Below, piece by piece: positions 9,871 to 19,843 of a DNA stretch of 64,000 bases. Made by a program: the position numbers and the translations under genes. The notes under the pieces are model-generated. The model was not told where the DNA came from. It searched no databases and saw only the letters and a list, made by a program, of their open reading frames with translations. The DNA is from Candidatus Yonathbacteria bacterium RIFCSPLOWO2_01_FULL_47_33b (GTDB lineage Bacteria; Patescibacteriota; Minisyncoccia; Phycocordibacterales; UBA1550). Within the stretch, counting starts at the first letter, position 1; every line of letters starts with the position of its first letter. Location: assembly GCA_001823575.1 (NCBI GenBank), contig MHUW01000001.1:12909-76908 (forward strand). Direction: 5' to 3'.

Positions 9871-11064
9871 ATGGCAGAAGCATTCGATCGTTCCAAGCCG
9901 CACGTTAACGTCGGTACTATTGGTCACGTTGATCACGGCAAGACAACCCTTACAGCGGCTATCTTGAACGTGCTCAACCTTAACGGAAAGACGGTAAAGA
10001 TGAAGTCAGTTGACCAAATCGACTCAGCGCCTGAGGAAAAGGCCCGCGGTATTACAATCGCGCTTTCACACAACGAGTACTCAACTGATGCACGTCACTA
10101 CGCGCACATCGATGCTCCAGGTCACGCTGACTATATCAAGAACATGATCACGGGTGCCGCACAGATGGACGGCGCTATCCTCGTGGTTGCTGCAACGGAC
10201 GGTGTTATGCCCCAGACACGAGAGCACATCCTCCTCGCAGAGCAGATTGGTGTTCCAAAGATCATTGTATTCCTCAACAAATGCGATATGGTTGATGACC
10301 CAGATCTTATTGAGCTCGTTGAAGAAGAAGTTCGTGACCTTTTGACCAAGTACCACTTTGATGGCAAGAACGCACCGGTTATCCGTGGTTCAGCTCTCAA
10401 GGCAGTTGAGGCTACCTCAGCTGACGACGAGTGGGCAAAGAAGATCATGGATCTTGCAAACGCACTCGACACCTACGTTCCTGTTCCAGAGCGCGACACG
10501 GCAAAGGCATTCCTTATGCCAGTAGAAGACGTATTCTCGATCGAAGGTCGTGGTACGGTGGTTACTGGTCGTATTGAGCGCGGTGTTATCAAGGTTGGTG
10601 AAGAAGTTGAAATCGTTGGTATCAAAGACACGGTAAAAACAACCGTTACCGGTATCGAAATGTTCAACAAGTCACTCCAGGAAGGTATGGCAGGCGACAA
10701 CGCCGGCATCCTTATCCGTGGTATCAAGAAGGAGGACATTACTCGTGGCCAGGTTCTTGTAAAGCCAGGCTCAGTAACTCCTCACACCGAGTTCGAGACT
10801 GAAGTATACGTACTTTCAAAGGAAGAAGGTGGACGTCACACGCCATTCTTTAACGGTTACAAGCCTCAGTTCTACATCCGTACAACGGACGTAACGGGTG
10901 ATACAAGCCTCCCTGAAGGTACCGAAATGGTTATGCCAGGCGATACGGTTAAGCTTAAAGTTAAGCTCATTGTTCCCGTTGCTATTGAAGAGCAGCAGCA
11001 CTTCGCTATCCGCGAGGGTGGACGTACGGTAGGTGCCGGCGTTGTTACTAAGATCATCGCCTAA
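9871..11064 (+). CDS. tuf: Elongation factor Tu
   Basis: [25 protein letters not shown]. Confidence 0.99.
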   Translation: MAEAFDRSKPHVNVGTIGHVDHGKTTLTAAILNVLNLNGKTVKMKSVDQIDSAPEEKARGITIALSHNEYSTDARHYAHIDAPGHADYIKNMITGAAQMDGAILVVAATDGVMPQTREHILLAEQIGVPKIIVFLNKCDMVDDPDLIELVEEEVRDLLTKYHFDGKNAPVIRGSALKAVEATSADDEWAKKIMDLANALDTYVPVPERDTAKAFLMPVEDVFSIEGRGTVVTGRIERGVIKVGEEVEIVGIKDTVKTTVTGIEMFNKSLQEGMAGDNAGILIRGIKKEDITRGQVLVKPGSVTPHTEFETEVYVLSKEEGGRHTPFFNGYKPQFYIRTTDVTGDTSLPEGTEMVMPGDTVKLKVKLIVPVAIEEQQHFAIREGGRTVGAGVVTKIIA

Positions 11065-11126
11065 CTAGTAAAAAAGGAAGGTCTGGCCTTGAGAATTTGG
11101 GCTAAGGCCAGACCTTGATAACCTCT

Positions 11127-11462
11127 ATGACAAAATCTGTAAAAGAAAAAGATGTAACTCACAAGCTCCGCATTCGTGTGCGTGCGTATGAGAACAAAGT
11201 GCTCGACAACTCAGTCAAGCAGATCATCGACACCGCACTTCGCTATGATGCAGAGGTCTTGGGGCCAACCCCACTTCCTACCGAGATCAAGAAGTACACC
11301 GTCTTGCGCTCAACGTTCATTTACAAGAATGCACGCGAGCAGTTTGAGATGCGTATTCACAAACGCTTGATTGACATCTTGAATCCTGCGGCAAAGGTTA
11401 TCGAGGCACTCACAAACCTCTCACTTCCGTCTGGTGTCAGCATCGACGTGAAGATGATGTAG
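11127..11462 (+). CDS. rpsJ: 30S ribosomal protein S10
   Basis: LRIRVRAY, GPTPLPT, REQFEMRIHKRLIDI. Confidence 0.97.
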   Translation: MTKSVKEKDVTHKLRIRVRAYENKVLDNSVKQIIDTALRYDAEVLGPTPLPTEIKKYTVLRSTFIYKNAREQFEMRIHKRLIDILNPAAKVIEALTNLSLPSGVSIDVKMM

Positions 11463-11597
11463 CTAGCGCTTCGCGCAAGTCAAAAGTTCAAAGTCAAAAA
11501 GTCGAAAAGTCGAAAGTAGGTGCGACAAAAGTTGATTATTAAAATACCAACAATCACATGCAAATGTAGATTGCAATGGTTACCGTAAATTACCGTT

Positions 11598-12206
11598 ATG
11601 AAATTTATTCTAGGAAGAAAAGAAAATATGGTGACGTTCATCGGCAACGATGGATTGGCTACTGCCGCAACGCTTCTTGCTGTTGGGCCAGTAGTTATCA
11701 CCCAAATCAAGAACAAAGCTACTGACGGCTACGAAGCCGTACAGATTGGTTTTGGTACCCGTGCTGCAAAGAATATTTCGAAGGCAGTGCAGGGTCATAC
11801 CAAGGACCTCGGCTCGTTTGCTGAGATTCGTGAGTTCCGTGTTGACGACTCAAGCGCATGGGAAAAGGGAGACACGCTTGATGCCTCACTCTTCACCGTA
11901 GGTGACGAGGTGACCATCTCGGGTACTTCAAAAGGTAAGGGCTTTCAGGGTGTGGTCAAGCGTCACGGGTTCCACGGAGGTTCACGTACGCACGGCCAGA
12001 AGCACTCGGAGCGTGAACCAGGCTCGATTGGTTCAACCGGTCAGCAGAAGATCTCAAAAGGTCGTCGCATGGGTGGCCGTATGGGTAGCGATCGCACCAC
12101 GATCAAAGGTTTGCGTGTACTTGGGGTCGACACTACCAACAACAAGATCCTCGTATCAGGCTGCGTGCCTGGTATCAAAGGGGCCCTTCTAGAAATTAAG
12201 GCATAA
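11598..12206 (+). CDS. rplC: 50S ribosomal protein L3
   Basis: DGYEAVQIG, SKGKGFQGVVKRHGF, PGSIG. Confidence 0.97.
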   Translation: MKFILGRKENMVTFIGNDGLATAATLLAVGPVVITQIKNKATDGYEAVQIGFGTRAAKNISKAVQGHTKDLGSFAEIREFRVDDSSAWEKGDTLDASLFTVGDEVTISGTSKGKGFQGVVKRHGFHGGSRTHGQKHSEREPGSIGSTGQQKISKGRRMGGRMGSDRTTIKGLRVLGVDTTNNKILVSGCVPGIKGALLEIKA

Positions 12207-12217
12207 TACATACTACT

Positions 12218-12886
12218 ATGGAAGCAATCGTATACAGCACAAAGGGTAAAGAAGCAAGAAAAGTTGCCTTAAATGAAAAGATTTGGGGTCTCTCATGGAA
12301 CGCCGACCTCGTACATCAGGTGGTTACTTCGATGCGCGCAAATGCACGCACAGGTACTGCTGCAGCAAAAACACGTAGCGATGTATCGGGTGGTGGCAAA
12401 AAGCCATGGGCACAGAAGGGTACTGGTCGCGCACGTCACGGTTCAAGCCGTTCACCTATTTGGCGTCACGGAGGTGTGACCCATGGTCCACTCGCTGAGA
12501 AAGACTACAGCAAGAAAATCAACAAGAAGGTACGCGCCAAGGCACTTTACACCGTTCTCTCGGAGAAGCTCCGCAAGGGCGAGATTATGTTTGTTGATGA
12601 TATTGTTATGAAGGCGCCAAAGACCAGCGAGGCAAAGGTAATTCTTACCAATCTCTCAGAGGTTAAAGGTTTTGAGAAACTCATCACCAAAAAGCGCAAT
12701 GCGGCGTACTTCGCAATGGCTGAAAAGTCAGAGGTAGCAGCAAAGAGCTTTGCAAACTTCGGCAGCATTGATTTCGATGATGTAAAGAACATGAACCCTA
12801 TCGATCTCTTGAACCACAAGTACATTGTAATCGTAAGCCCAGAAGCAGCGGTCGGCTTCATTGAGGGTAAGATTGCAGCTAAATAA
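12218..12886 (+). CDS. rplD: 50S ribosomal protein L4
   Basis: GGGKKPWAQKGTGRARHGS.RSP.W. Confidence 0.97.
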   Translation: MEAIVYSTKGKEARKVALNEKIWGLSWNADLVHQVVTSMRANARTGTAAAKTRSDVSGGGKKPWAQKGTGRARHGSSRSPIWRHGGVTHGPLAEKDYSKKINKKVRAKALYTVLSEKLRKGEIMFVDDIVMKAPKTSEAKVILTNLSEVKGFEKLITKKRNAAYFAMAEKSEVAAKSFANFGSIDFDDVKNMNPIDLLNHKYIVIVSPEAAVGFIEGKIAAK

Positions 12887-12896
12887 CAATACTTCT

Positions 12897-13235
12897 ATGG
12901 CTATTTTCCAAAAAACAACAGAAAAGAAGGTTGCAAAGAAACAGAACGAGAGCAGTCTTGGCGCTCGTGCAGACGCACTCGTGCGCCCACACATCACCGA
13001 AAAAGCAGCAATCCTTGCAGAAAAGGGAACCTACGTTTTTGTAGTTTCACCAAAGACCAACAAGATCGAGATTGCCAAGGCAGTCGAGATACTTTACGGT
13101 GTTACTGCCGTCAAGGTAAACATCGTAAACCTCCCTGACACCAACGTTTTTGTACGCAATCGTCGTGGCGTAAAGGCAGGTGTGCGCAAGGCACTCGTTA
13201 CCTTGAAAAAAGGCGATAAGATTGAGCTTATATAA
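12897..13235 (+). CDS. rplW: 50S ribosomal protein L23
   Basis: RPHITEKA, NKIEI.KAVE..YGV, KALVTLK. Confidence 0.95.
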   Translation: MAIFQKTTEKKVAKKQNESSLGARADALVRPHITEKAAILAEKGTYVFVVSPKTNKIEIAKAVEILYGVTAVKVNIVNLPDTNVFVRNRRGVKAGVRKALVTLKKGDKIELI

Positions 13236-13240
13236 TTACT

Positions 13241-14080
13241 ATGAAAAAGTTTAAACCAACAACACCATCACTTCGCCAGACGGCAATCGTTACATACCGC
13301 GGTGTGCTCACCACGAACGAACCGCTCAAGTCTTTGACCCACGGTTTTAGACGCGGTAGTGGACGCAATGCATTTGGTCGTATTACGACACGCCACAAGG
13401 GTGGTGGACACAAGCGTTCATTCCGTGAGATTGATTTCCGTATGGAAAAGGTTGGCATTCCTGCAAAGATTGAGACCATCGAGTACGATCCAAACCGCTC
13501 TGGTTTTATCGGTGTCATCTGCTACGCAGATGGAGAGCGCCGTTACAACCTTCTTCCCCACGGACTCAAGGTGGGCGACACGATTATGACTGCAGAGGAT
13601 GCACCCGTAAAAACGGGCAACCGTATCCCTCTTCGCAAAGCTCCTGTCGGAACATTTGTATTTAATATTGAACTCCAGCCACAAGGTGGTGCACGCATCG
13701 CTCGCTCAGCAGGAAACTACGCTGAAGTGGTGGCAAACAACGCCGGACAGACACATTTGAAGATGCCTTCAGGTGAGATTCGTAAGGTCTCAGAGAACGC
13801 ATGGGCTTCGATTGGTGCCGTATCAAACGAAGAATACAAGCACCGCAACCTCGGTAAGGCAGGTCGCTCACGTTGGCTCGGTATTCGCCCAACGGTGCGT
13901 GGTTCAGCGATGAACCCGGTAGACCATCCATACGGTGGAGGCGAAGGACGTCAGGGTCGTGGTACCAAGCGCCCTAAGACCAAGTGGGGTAAGGTTACTG
14001 GCGGACGCAAAACTCGTTCTCCAAAGAAATACTCAAACAACCTCATCGTCGCTCGTCGCAAGACCAAGAAGTCAAGGTAA
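13241..14080 (+). CDS. rplB: 50S ribosomal protein L2
   Basis: EYDPNRS, RPTVRGSAMNPVDHPYGGGEG. Confidence 0.98.
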   Translation: MKKFKPTTPSLRQTAIVTYRGVLTTNEPLKSLTHGFRRGSGRNAFGRITTRHKGGGHKRSFREIDFRMEKVGIPAKIETIEYDPNRSGFIGVICYADGERRYNLLPHGLKVGDTIMTAEDAPVKTGNRIPLRKAPVGTFVFNIELQPQGGARIARSAGNYAEVVANNAGQTHLKMPSGEIRKVSENAWASIGAVSNEEYKHRNLGKAGRSRWLGIRPTVRGSAMNPVDHPYGGGEGRQGRGTKRPKTKWGKVTGGRKTRSPKKYSNNLIVARRKTKKSR

Positions 14081-14083
14081 TAC

Positions 14084-14122
14084 AAAAAAGACCGCCCTTT
14101 GTACGAATGGCGGTCTTTTTTT
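14084..14122 (+). terminator. Intrinsic terminator after rplB
   Basis: AAAAAAGACCGCC...GGCGGTCTTTTTTT. Confidence 0.85.
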
Positions 14123-14159
14123 GTAGGGGCTATCACATAGTATTGCTGTATATCGTTAG

Positions 14160-14199
14160 CTATCATCTATCTGTAGTCATGGCCACAGATAGATGATAG
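14160..14199. repeat. 40-bp palindrome, GTAGTCATGACTAC family copy 2 (2 mismatches)
   Basis: CTATCATCTATCTGTAGTCA|TGGCCACAGATAGATGATAG. Confidence 0.92.
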
Positions 14200-14240
14200 A
14201 GGATTTATGGTCCGCTCAAGCATTATTAAACCGCAGTAGG

Positions 14241-14282
14241 AACATAACCTATTTGTAGTCATAGCTACAAATAGGTTATGTT
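14241..14282. repeat. 42-bp palindrome, divergent family copy 3
   Basis: AACATAACCTATTTGTAGTCA|TAGCTACAAATAGGTTATGTT; arm changes are symmetric. Confidence 0.85.
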
Positions 14283-14380
14283 TTATAGTGACAGGTTAAA
14301 AGAAATATAAAAGTTATCCACACCATACCTCGTTTGTTTGAATTTTGGGTGGTATACTATATTTATACATTTTTTAATTT

Positions 14381-15439
14381 ATGAAAACATTTTTTACCCA
14401 CCAACTTCGTGCCGTGCTTGCTGCCGTGACCATAGGTGCATTGCTTGCCGTTACTTATTTTTCAAATCAAAGTTTCCTCAAGACACCACACGCTGAGTCA
14501 GCAGTTGTCTCAAACTCTAATGTCTCTGGTTGGGTGTGGAGCCTAGGGACAGGAACAACCCCAACAGGGGATAATCCCTCAGGTCCTTATTCGGCAGTTA
14601 GCGGTAGTAATCCGGGTCTTGGGTGGGTTAGCTTCAATAGTACAAGTGATGCGTCATCGCAGGGATACGGGGTAAAAGTAGACACTGCAACGAAAGGAGC
14701 GAGCGGGATAGGGAATTTTTCGGGGAATGCTTGGATAGGAGACATGGATCCAGCTACTGCTCCAAGTGGCTCTAATACAGGATGGATTTCATTTGATCGT
14801 ACGGAGACAGGGAATCCTCCTTCAGATGACCCTGGCAGCGGTTCAGGGAGGATCGCTCAGGTTGCGTGGTCAACAGGAAAAGTGACAGGGTGGATGCGCG
14901 CACTTTCTGCTTGTGATCCAAGTTGTGCAACAAACCAAGGGGCAGGGGCAAACAGCGGTGGTTGGGATGGCTGGATAAGGCTTTCAGATGACGGTAATCC
15001 AAACGGTTGGGCAGGGAATGGTGTTAAAATTACTGCCAATAAATTTAGTGGTTACGCATGGGGTGGAGATGTTGTAGGCTGGGTAGATTTTGCGCCAAAG
15101 ATTGGTGGAGTGAGTGTTGGGCCAGTAGTTGGGGTACCGCCATGTACAGCAGCCATCATAAATGGTGGTGGAGGAACATGGGGGTCGTGTCAGGCACTTC
15201 CTTCGTCAACATGTGTGGCACCACCTGCTACAAAGTTTATTGCAGGCGGCGGTATCAGAGTTGGAGCATGTACCACAGGTGGTACCACAACGGGGTCGTG
15301 TGATGTCACTGTGACATGTACTGTCCCTGTTGTAGTGGTCCCCCCGCCGTCAGGATGTAATGCTAATCCTGCTTGTGATAGTGGAGAGACGCCTATTACG
15401 TGCCCGAGCCAGTGTAAGGTGAAGTTCAAGCAGTTCTAA
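14381..15439 (+). CDS. Secreted Gly/Trp/Cys-rich surface protein inserted between rplB and rpsS
   Basis: N-terminal TM; repeated SG.AW/GW.SF motifs; C-terminus CDSGETPITCPSQCKVKFKQF. Confidence 0.75.
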   Translation: MKTFFTHQLRAVLAAVTIGALLAVTYFSNQSFLKTPHAESAVVSNSNVSGWVWSLGTGTTPTGDNPSGPYSAVSGSNPGLGWVSFNSTSDASSQGYGVKVDTATKGASGIGNFSGNAWIGDMDPATAPSGSNTGWISFDRTETGNPPSDDPGSGSGRIAQVAWSTGKVTGWMRALSACDPSCATNQGAGANSGGWDGWIRLSDDGNPNGWAGNGVKITANKFSGYAWGGDVVGWVDFAPKIGGVSVGPVVGVPPCTAAIINGGGGTWGSCQALPSSTCVAPPATKFIAGGGIRVGACTTGGTTTGSCDVTVTCTVPVVVVPPPSGCNANPACDSGETPITCPSQCKVKFKQF

Positions 15440-15456
15440 TTTAGTATAGTAAAAAG

Positions 15457-15515
15457 GTCAAATCGGACGGCACTTCCCTTGCTTTTTAAGCAAGGGAAGT
15501 GCCGTCCGATTTGAC
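15457..15515. repeat. 28-bp perfect-stem hairpin overlapping the rpsS promoter
   Basis: GTCAAATCGGACGGCACTTCCCTTGCTT-TTT-AAGCAAGGGAAGTGCCGTCCGATTTGAC; TTGACA(15511)-16-TAAGAT(15533). Confidence 0.9.
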
Positions 15516-15607
15516 AATATTCCTCAATTTGGTAAGATGCAAAGCGAGCTCATCCGAGCTTGTTTTGTTTAGGCCCCGCCTTTATCAGGTGGGCCACAAA
15601 TTACGTT

Positions 15608-15955
15608 ATGACACGATCACTCAAAAAAGGACCACATATTGACCCAAAGCTTCTCAAAAAGATTGAGGGTAAAAGCGCGCAGACTGAGCCTATGATCAAA
15701 ACTTGGTCACGAGCAAGTCAAATCACCCCTGAAATGGTAGGGTTCCTTTTTGGCGTGTATAACGGTAAGACTCACCTCGAGGTCCGCGTGACCGAGGATA
15801 TGGTGGGTCACCGACTCGGAGAGTTTTCTCCTACGAAGAAATTCGTTCGCCACGGCGGTAAAATGCAGAAGGAACTTGAACAGAAGAAGAAGGAAAGCGA
15901 GATCGCTGCTGCCAAGGCTGCCAAATCAGAAACTCCTGCAGCAAAGAAGAAATAA
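15608..15955 (+). CDS. rpsS: 30S ribosomal protein S19
   Basis: [31 protein letters not shown]. Confidence 0.97.
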   Translation: MTRSLKKGPHIDPKLLKKIEGKSAQTEPMIKTWSRASQITPEMVGFLFGVYNGKTHLEVRVTEDMVGHRLGEFSPTKKFVRHGGKMQKELEQKKKESEIAAAKAAKSETPAAKKK

Positions 15956-15958
15956 TAT

Positions 15959-16393
15959 ATGAAAGCATATCTCAAAAGCTATCGCCAAGCACCACGCAAG
16001 GTCCGCCTTGTAGCAAATCTTATGAAAGGTAAGACGGTGGAGCGTGCCATCAAGGAGCTTGAAGTTCTTCCAAAGCGCGCATCACTCCCTATGTTGAAGC
16101 TTTTGCTTTCTGCAGTGGCTAACGCAAAAGAGAACGACGGCGTAGCTCAGGCTGATCTTTTTGTAAAAGAAGTACGCGTTGACCAAGGTACCATCCTCAA
16201 GCGTTTTATTCCAAAATCACACGGTACCGCATCACCCATCCACAAACACACCAGTCATGTTATGATTGAGCTCATCGCTAACGCTGAAGTCGAAAGTGGA
16301 AAGTCAAAAGTCGAAAGTAATACAAATGCCGACAAGCCAAAGGCAGTAAAAAAAGCTGCTCCAAAAAAGAAGGCAGTAGCCGCAAAGAAATAA
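15959..16393 (+). CDS. rplV: 50S ribosomal protein L22
   Basis: APRKVRLVA, LL.SAVANA. Confidence 0.96.
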   Translation: MKAYLKSYRQAPRKVRLVANLMKGKTVERAIKELEVLPKRASLPMLKLLLSAVANAKENDGVAQADLFVKEVRVDQGTILKRFIPKSHGTASPIHKHTSHVMIELIANAEVESGKSKVESNTNADKPKAVKKAAPKKKAVAAKK

Positions 16394-16394
16394 T

Positions 16395-17090
16395 ATGACA
16401 CACATCGTACACCCATTTGCCCATCGTTTAGGAATCATTCGTGATTGGAAGTCACGCTGGTTCGGAGCGAAAGAGGAGTACAAGGATTTCCTGAGAGGGG
16501 ATATTCTTATCCGTAGTTTCCTCGACAAGCGTCTTCGTGGTAACCATATTGCAGGTGTTGAGATTGAGCGTAATGCAAAGACTTTTCGCGTTGTCATCAA
16601 GACTGCTCGCCCGGGTATGGTTATTGGCCGTGCTGGTGAAGGTTCCGTCAAACTCAAGAATGATATTTTGAAAGAAGCTGCTCGCAAGAAGTTGAGCATC
16701 CCTGCTGATTTCAAGCTCGATATCGAGGAGGTTCGCTCACCTGAGTCTAACGCTGCTATTGTTGCCGAGATGGTTGCCGAGGGTCTCGAGAAACGTTTGC
16801 CCTTCCGTATGATTTTGAAACAGACCGTAGAAAAGGTTATGGCAAATCGCGACGTCAAGGGTGCGCGTATCGCAATCTCGGGTCGCCTTGGTGGTGCCGA
16901 GATGGCACGCTACGAGCAGATTCGCCGTGGAGGTATTCCTCTTCAGACATTCCGTGCAGACATCGACTACGCAAAGAACACCGCACGCCTTCCTTACGGA
17001 GCTATCGGTATCAAGGTTTGGATTTACAAAGGCCAAATCTTTGCGGAGGGCAAGAAAAAGAGCCTTGCTGCACAGGGAGCAAATGCATAA
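16395..17090 (+). CDS. rpsC: 30S ribosomal protein S3
   Basis: ARPGMVIGR.G, SGRLGGAEMAR, GIKVWIYKG. Confidence 0.98.
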   Translation: MTHIVHPFAHRLGIIRDWKSRWFGAKEEYKDFLRGDILIRSFLDKRLRGNHIAGVEIERNAKTFRVVIKTARPGMVIGRAGEGSVKLKNDILKEAARKKLSIPADFKLDIEEVRSPESNAAIVAEMVAEGLEKRLPFRMILKQTVEKVMANRDVKGARIAISGRLGGAEMARYEQIRRGGIPLQTFRADIDYAKNTARLPYGAIGIKVWIYKGQIFAEGKKKSLAAQGANA

Positions 17091-17110
17091 CCCTATTTAA
17101 ATACACTACT

Positions 17111-17542
17111 ATGTTATTCCCCAAGAAAGTAAAATACAGAAAATGGCAGAACGGACGCAAGAGCGAGGCCAAGCTTGCCGCACCTGAAACGCGTGGTATC
17201 ACGCTTGCGTTTGGTTCATTTGGCCTCAAGGCTGAAACACCGGCACGCGTAAAGTCAAACCAGATCGAGGCGTCACGTAAAGTTATTTCTCGCACCATCA
17301 CCAAGGTTGGCAAGATGTGGATCCGCATCTTCCCTGATCGTCCTTACACACAAAAAGGCGCGCAGGTAGGTATGGGTAAAGGTAAAGGTGAACTCCAGGG
17401 ATACGTATTCGAGGTACGCCCAGGCCGCATGCTCTTTGAGGTTGACGGGGTCGACGAGGCAACAGCGGTAAAGGCACTTCGCAAGGCAGGAGCAAAGCTC
17501 CCCCTCAAGACGCGCATCGTACGCCGCACACAGACTGTATAA
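17111..17542 (+). CDS. rplP: 50S ribosomal protein L16
   Basis: PKKVKYRK, QIEASR, WIRIFPD, MGKGKG. Confidence 0.97.
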   Translation: MLFPKKVKYRKWQNGRKSEAKLAAPETRGITLAFGSFGLKAETPARVKSNQIEASRKVISRTITKVGKMWIRIFPDRPYTQKGAQVGMGKGKGELQGYVFEVRPGRMLFEVDGVDEATAVKALRKAGAKLPLKTRIVRRTQTV

Positions 17543-17553
17543 CATTCACTATC

Positions 17554-17745
17554 ATGACCGACATTAGCAAAAAAAGCACAGAGGATTTGGTAAAGACCAT
17601 CGACGAAAAGAGGGAGGAGCTTCGCTCAATCCGTTTTGATCTTGCTGGCAGCGCCAAGAAGAATACCAAAGCGTCAGTGCTCGCACGAAAGGAGGTCGCT
17701 CGTACGATGACAGAGCTCAATGCTCGTAAAAATGTAGCTCTATAA
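17554..17745 (+). CDS. rpmC: 50S ribosomal protein L29
   Basis: Position in operon; EL..IRF, RKEVAR.MT. Confidence 0.9.
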   Translation: MTDISKKSTEDLVKTIDEKREELRSIRFDLAGSAKKNTKASVLARKEVARTMTELNARKNVAL

Positions 17746-17752
17746 TATTACT

Positions 17753-18007
17753 ATGGAAACAAAAACAACAACAGGAAAGAAGCTTCAGGGGGTCGTCGTC
17801 TCAGACAAGATGATGAAGACCGTTACGGTTCTCGTAAACCGCTTCGTGAAGCACCCTAAGTACGGCAAGTACACGAAGATCTCCAAGAAGTACAAGGCGC
17901 ACGATGAGGCTGGCGCGTACAAGATGGGGGATGAGGTCATCATCGCAGAGTGTCGCCCTATTTCAAAGGGTAAAACCTTTACCGTCGTCGGCAAGAAGAC
18001 CGCGTAA
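17753..18007 (+). CDS. rpsQ: 30S ribosomal protein S17
   Basis: [23 protein letters not shown]. Confidence 0.97.
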   Translation: METKTTTGKKLQGVVVSDKMMKTVTVLVNRFVKHPKYGKYTKISKKYKAHDEAGAYKMGDEVIIAECRPISKGKTFTVVGKKTA

Positions 18008-18042
18008 TACACACGCACACGTGAACGCATAACGAAACTACT

Positions 18043-18414
18043 ATGATTCAACCACAAACAATCGTCAAAATAACAGACAACTCCGGCGGAAAGATCGGTC
18101 GCGTATTCAAGGTGCTCGGCAGCTCAAAGAAGCGCTACGCTATGATTGGTGACCTCGTTGTTCTCTCGGTGCAGGTTGCAGAGCCTCGCAAGTCAGTCAA
18201 AAAGAAGGATGTGTTGACGGGCCTTGTTGTTCGCACGCGCAATGCATACCGCCGCAAGGACGGATCATATATGCGTTTCGATGACAATGCGGTGGTTATT
18301 GTTGACCGCGCAAAGAAGGAGCCAAAGGCAGGACGTGTTTTTGGTCCTATCCCTCGCGAGATTGTTGAGGCAGGATACCAAAAGGTCGGTTCTATCGCCC
18401 CTGAGGTCGTTTAA
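18043..18414 (+). CDS. rplN: 50S ribosomal protein L14
   Basis: DNSG, FDDNAVV, RVFGPI.RE, S.APEV. Confidence 0.97.
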   Translation: MIQPQTIVKITDNSGGKIGRVFKVLGSSKKRYAMIGDLVVLSVQVAEPRKSVKKKDVLTGLVVRTRNAYRRKDGSYMRFDDNAVVIVDRAKKEPKAGRVFGPIPREIVEAGYQKVGSIAPEVV

Positions 18415-18434
18415 TCTATTTTTATATCACTACT

Positions 18435-18743
18435 ATGAAGCTTAAAAAAGGAGACAAGGTGGTTATCATCACCGGCAAAGATAAAGGAAAGAAGGGAGCA
18501 ATCCTCGAGGCACTTCCTCGCGTAAATCGCGTGGTGGTTGAGGGAGCAAACATTGCAAAGATTCACGAGAAGGCGCGCACCCGCGGTGCCGCAGGTCAGA
18601 TTGTAGAGCGCGCAATGCCTATTCATGCATCAAACGTGATGATTATCGACCCTAAGAAAGATGTTCGCACTCGTGTCGGCATCAAGGAGATTGGCGGCAA
18701 GAATGTCCGTGTTACAAAGAAGAGTGGATCAGAGCTCAAATAG
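18435..18743 (+). CDS. rplX: 50S ribosomal protein L24
   Basis: KKGDKV.IITGKDKGK, PIHASNV. Confidence 0.97.
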   Translation: MKLKKGDKVVIITGKDKGKKGAILEALPRVNRVVVEGANIAKIHEKARTRGAAGQIVERAMPIHASNVMIIDPKKDVRTRVGIKEIGGKNVRVTKKSGSELK

Positions 18744-18754
18744 TTTTTAATATC

Positions 18755-19300
18755 ATGACATCAGCTATGAAATCAGTAAAAGAAAAGCAAGCACAGGCCT
18801 TTGAAACCATGAAGGGTGAGTTTGGCTACACCGCAAAGCTTGCAGCGCCACGCTTGGTAAAGGTGGTTGTTTCTGCTACAACTGGCCGTTCAAAGGACAA
18901 GAACCGCAACGAGATGGTGATGGGACGTCTTGCAAAAATTACCGGACAGAAACCTTCTCTTCGTGCCGCAAAGAAATCTATTGCAGCATTCAAGCTTCGC
19001 GAAGGCGACAAGATTGGTGTTGCGGTAACACTCCGTGGCGCACGTATGGTTGGTTTTCTCGACAAGTTCTTCAATGTTGCTATTCCTCGTACCCGTGACT
19101 TCCGTGGTTATGAAAAGAAGAGCGTTGACGAAATGGGCAATCTGACCCTCGGCGTCAAAGAGCAGTCAATCTTCCCTGAGACTACTGACGAAGAAATCAA
19201 GGACCTCTTTGGTTTGGCCGTAACAATCGTTACGACCGCCAAGAACAAGAAAGAAGCAACACGCTTCTTTGAGCTCATCGGAACGCCATTTAAGAAGTAA
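18755..19300 (+). CDS. rplE: 50S ribosomal protein L5
   Basis: ITGQKP, SIA.FKLREG, PR.RDFRG. Confidence 0.97.
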   Translation: MTSAMKSVKEKQAQAFETMKGEFGYTAKLAAPRLVKVVVSATTGRSKDKNRNEMVMGRLAKITGQKPSLRAAKKSIAAFKLREGDKIGVAVTLRGARMVGFLDKFFNVAIPRTRDFRGYEKKSVDEMGNLTLGVKEQSIFPETTDEEIKDLFGLAVTIVTTAKNKKEATRFFELIGTPFKK

Positions 19301-19423
19301 AGACCTCGCTCCAAGGTGAAATGCGTGCAAGGCACCAGGAAATAGAACGACTCGCTCCAAGGTTGAAGGAATAACAATATTTATATATAAAAAACCCGCT
19401 CACTGAGCGGTTTTTTTGCGCTT

Positions 19424-19558
19424 GCTCCTACACCTATTTTTGTATTATTGCATCGTGTTTTCGCCATTTTATTTATTTTATACAATTTCTTACAATAAAC
19501 ATTTCTGTGGTATGGAATGAATGCAATAAAAACACTATACAAAAATAGGTGTGGGAGC
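19424..19558. mobile_element. MITE-like element with 22-bp terminal inverted repeats
   Basis: GCTCCTACACCTATTTTTGTAT ... ATACAAAAATAGGTGTGGGAGC (1 mismatch), AT-rich interior. Confidence 0.6.
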
Positions 19559-19642
19559 TTGCATTTTCTATAAATATGTGCTATACTTTTTATAGTACTT
19601 AATTACGGGCGTAATTAAGAGTACCTTTTGAAGGAGATATCG

Positions 19643-19843
19643 ATGATAGCACTTGGCGATTGCTGTGGGTTTCAAATAGAAGCCTTTGACCCCAAAACAG
19701 GGAGGGTTAAAACTGTTGGCTCGGCTAGTCCAGAAGAACTTGCCAGTATGCTTACTGACGAAAGTTCTGATCCGGAGCAGGTCCTTGCAGGCCGCGAACA
19801 GGATGCACAAGAAGAAGCTGAAGCTACTCTGCAATACTGCTGA
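19643..19843 (+). CDS. Small acidic hypothetical protein inserted between rplE and rpsN
   Basis: AAGGAG RBS before ATG 19643; terminator-like hairpin near 19890-19918. Confidence 0.55.
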   Translation: MIALGDCCGFQIEAFDPKTGRVKTVGSASPEELASMLTDESSDPEQVLAGREQDAQEEAEATLQYC

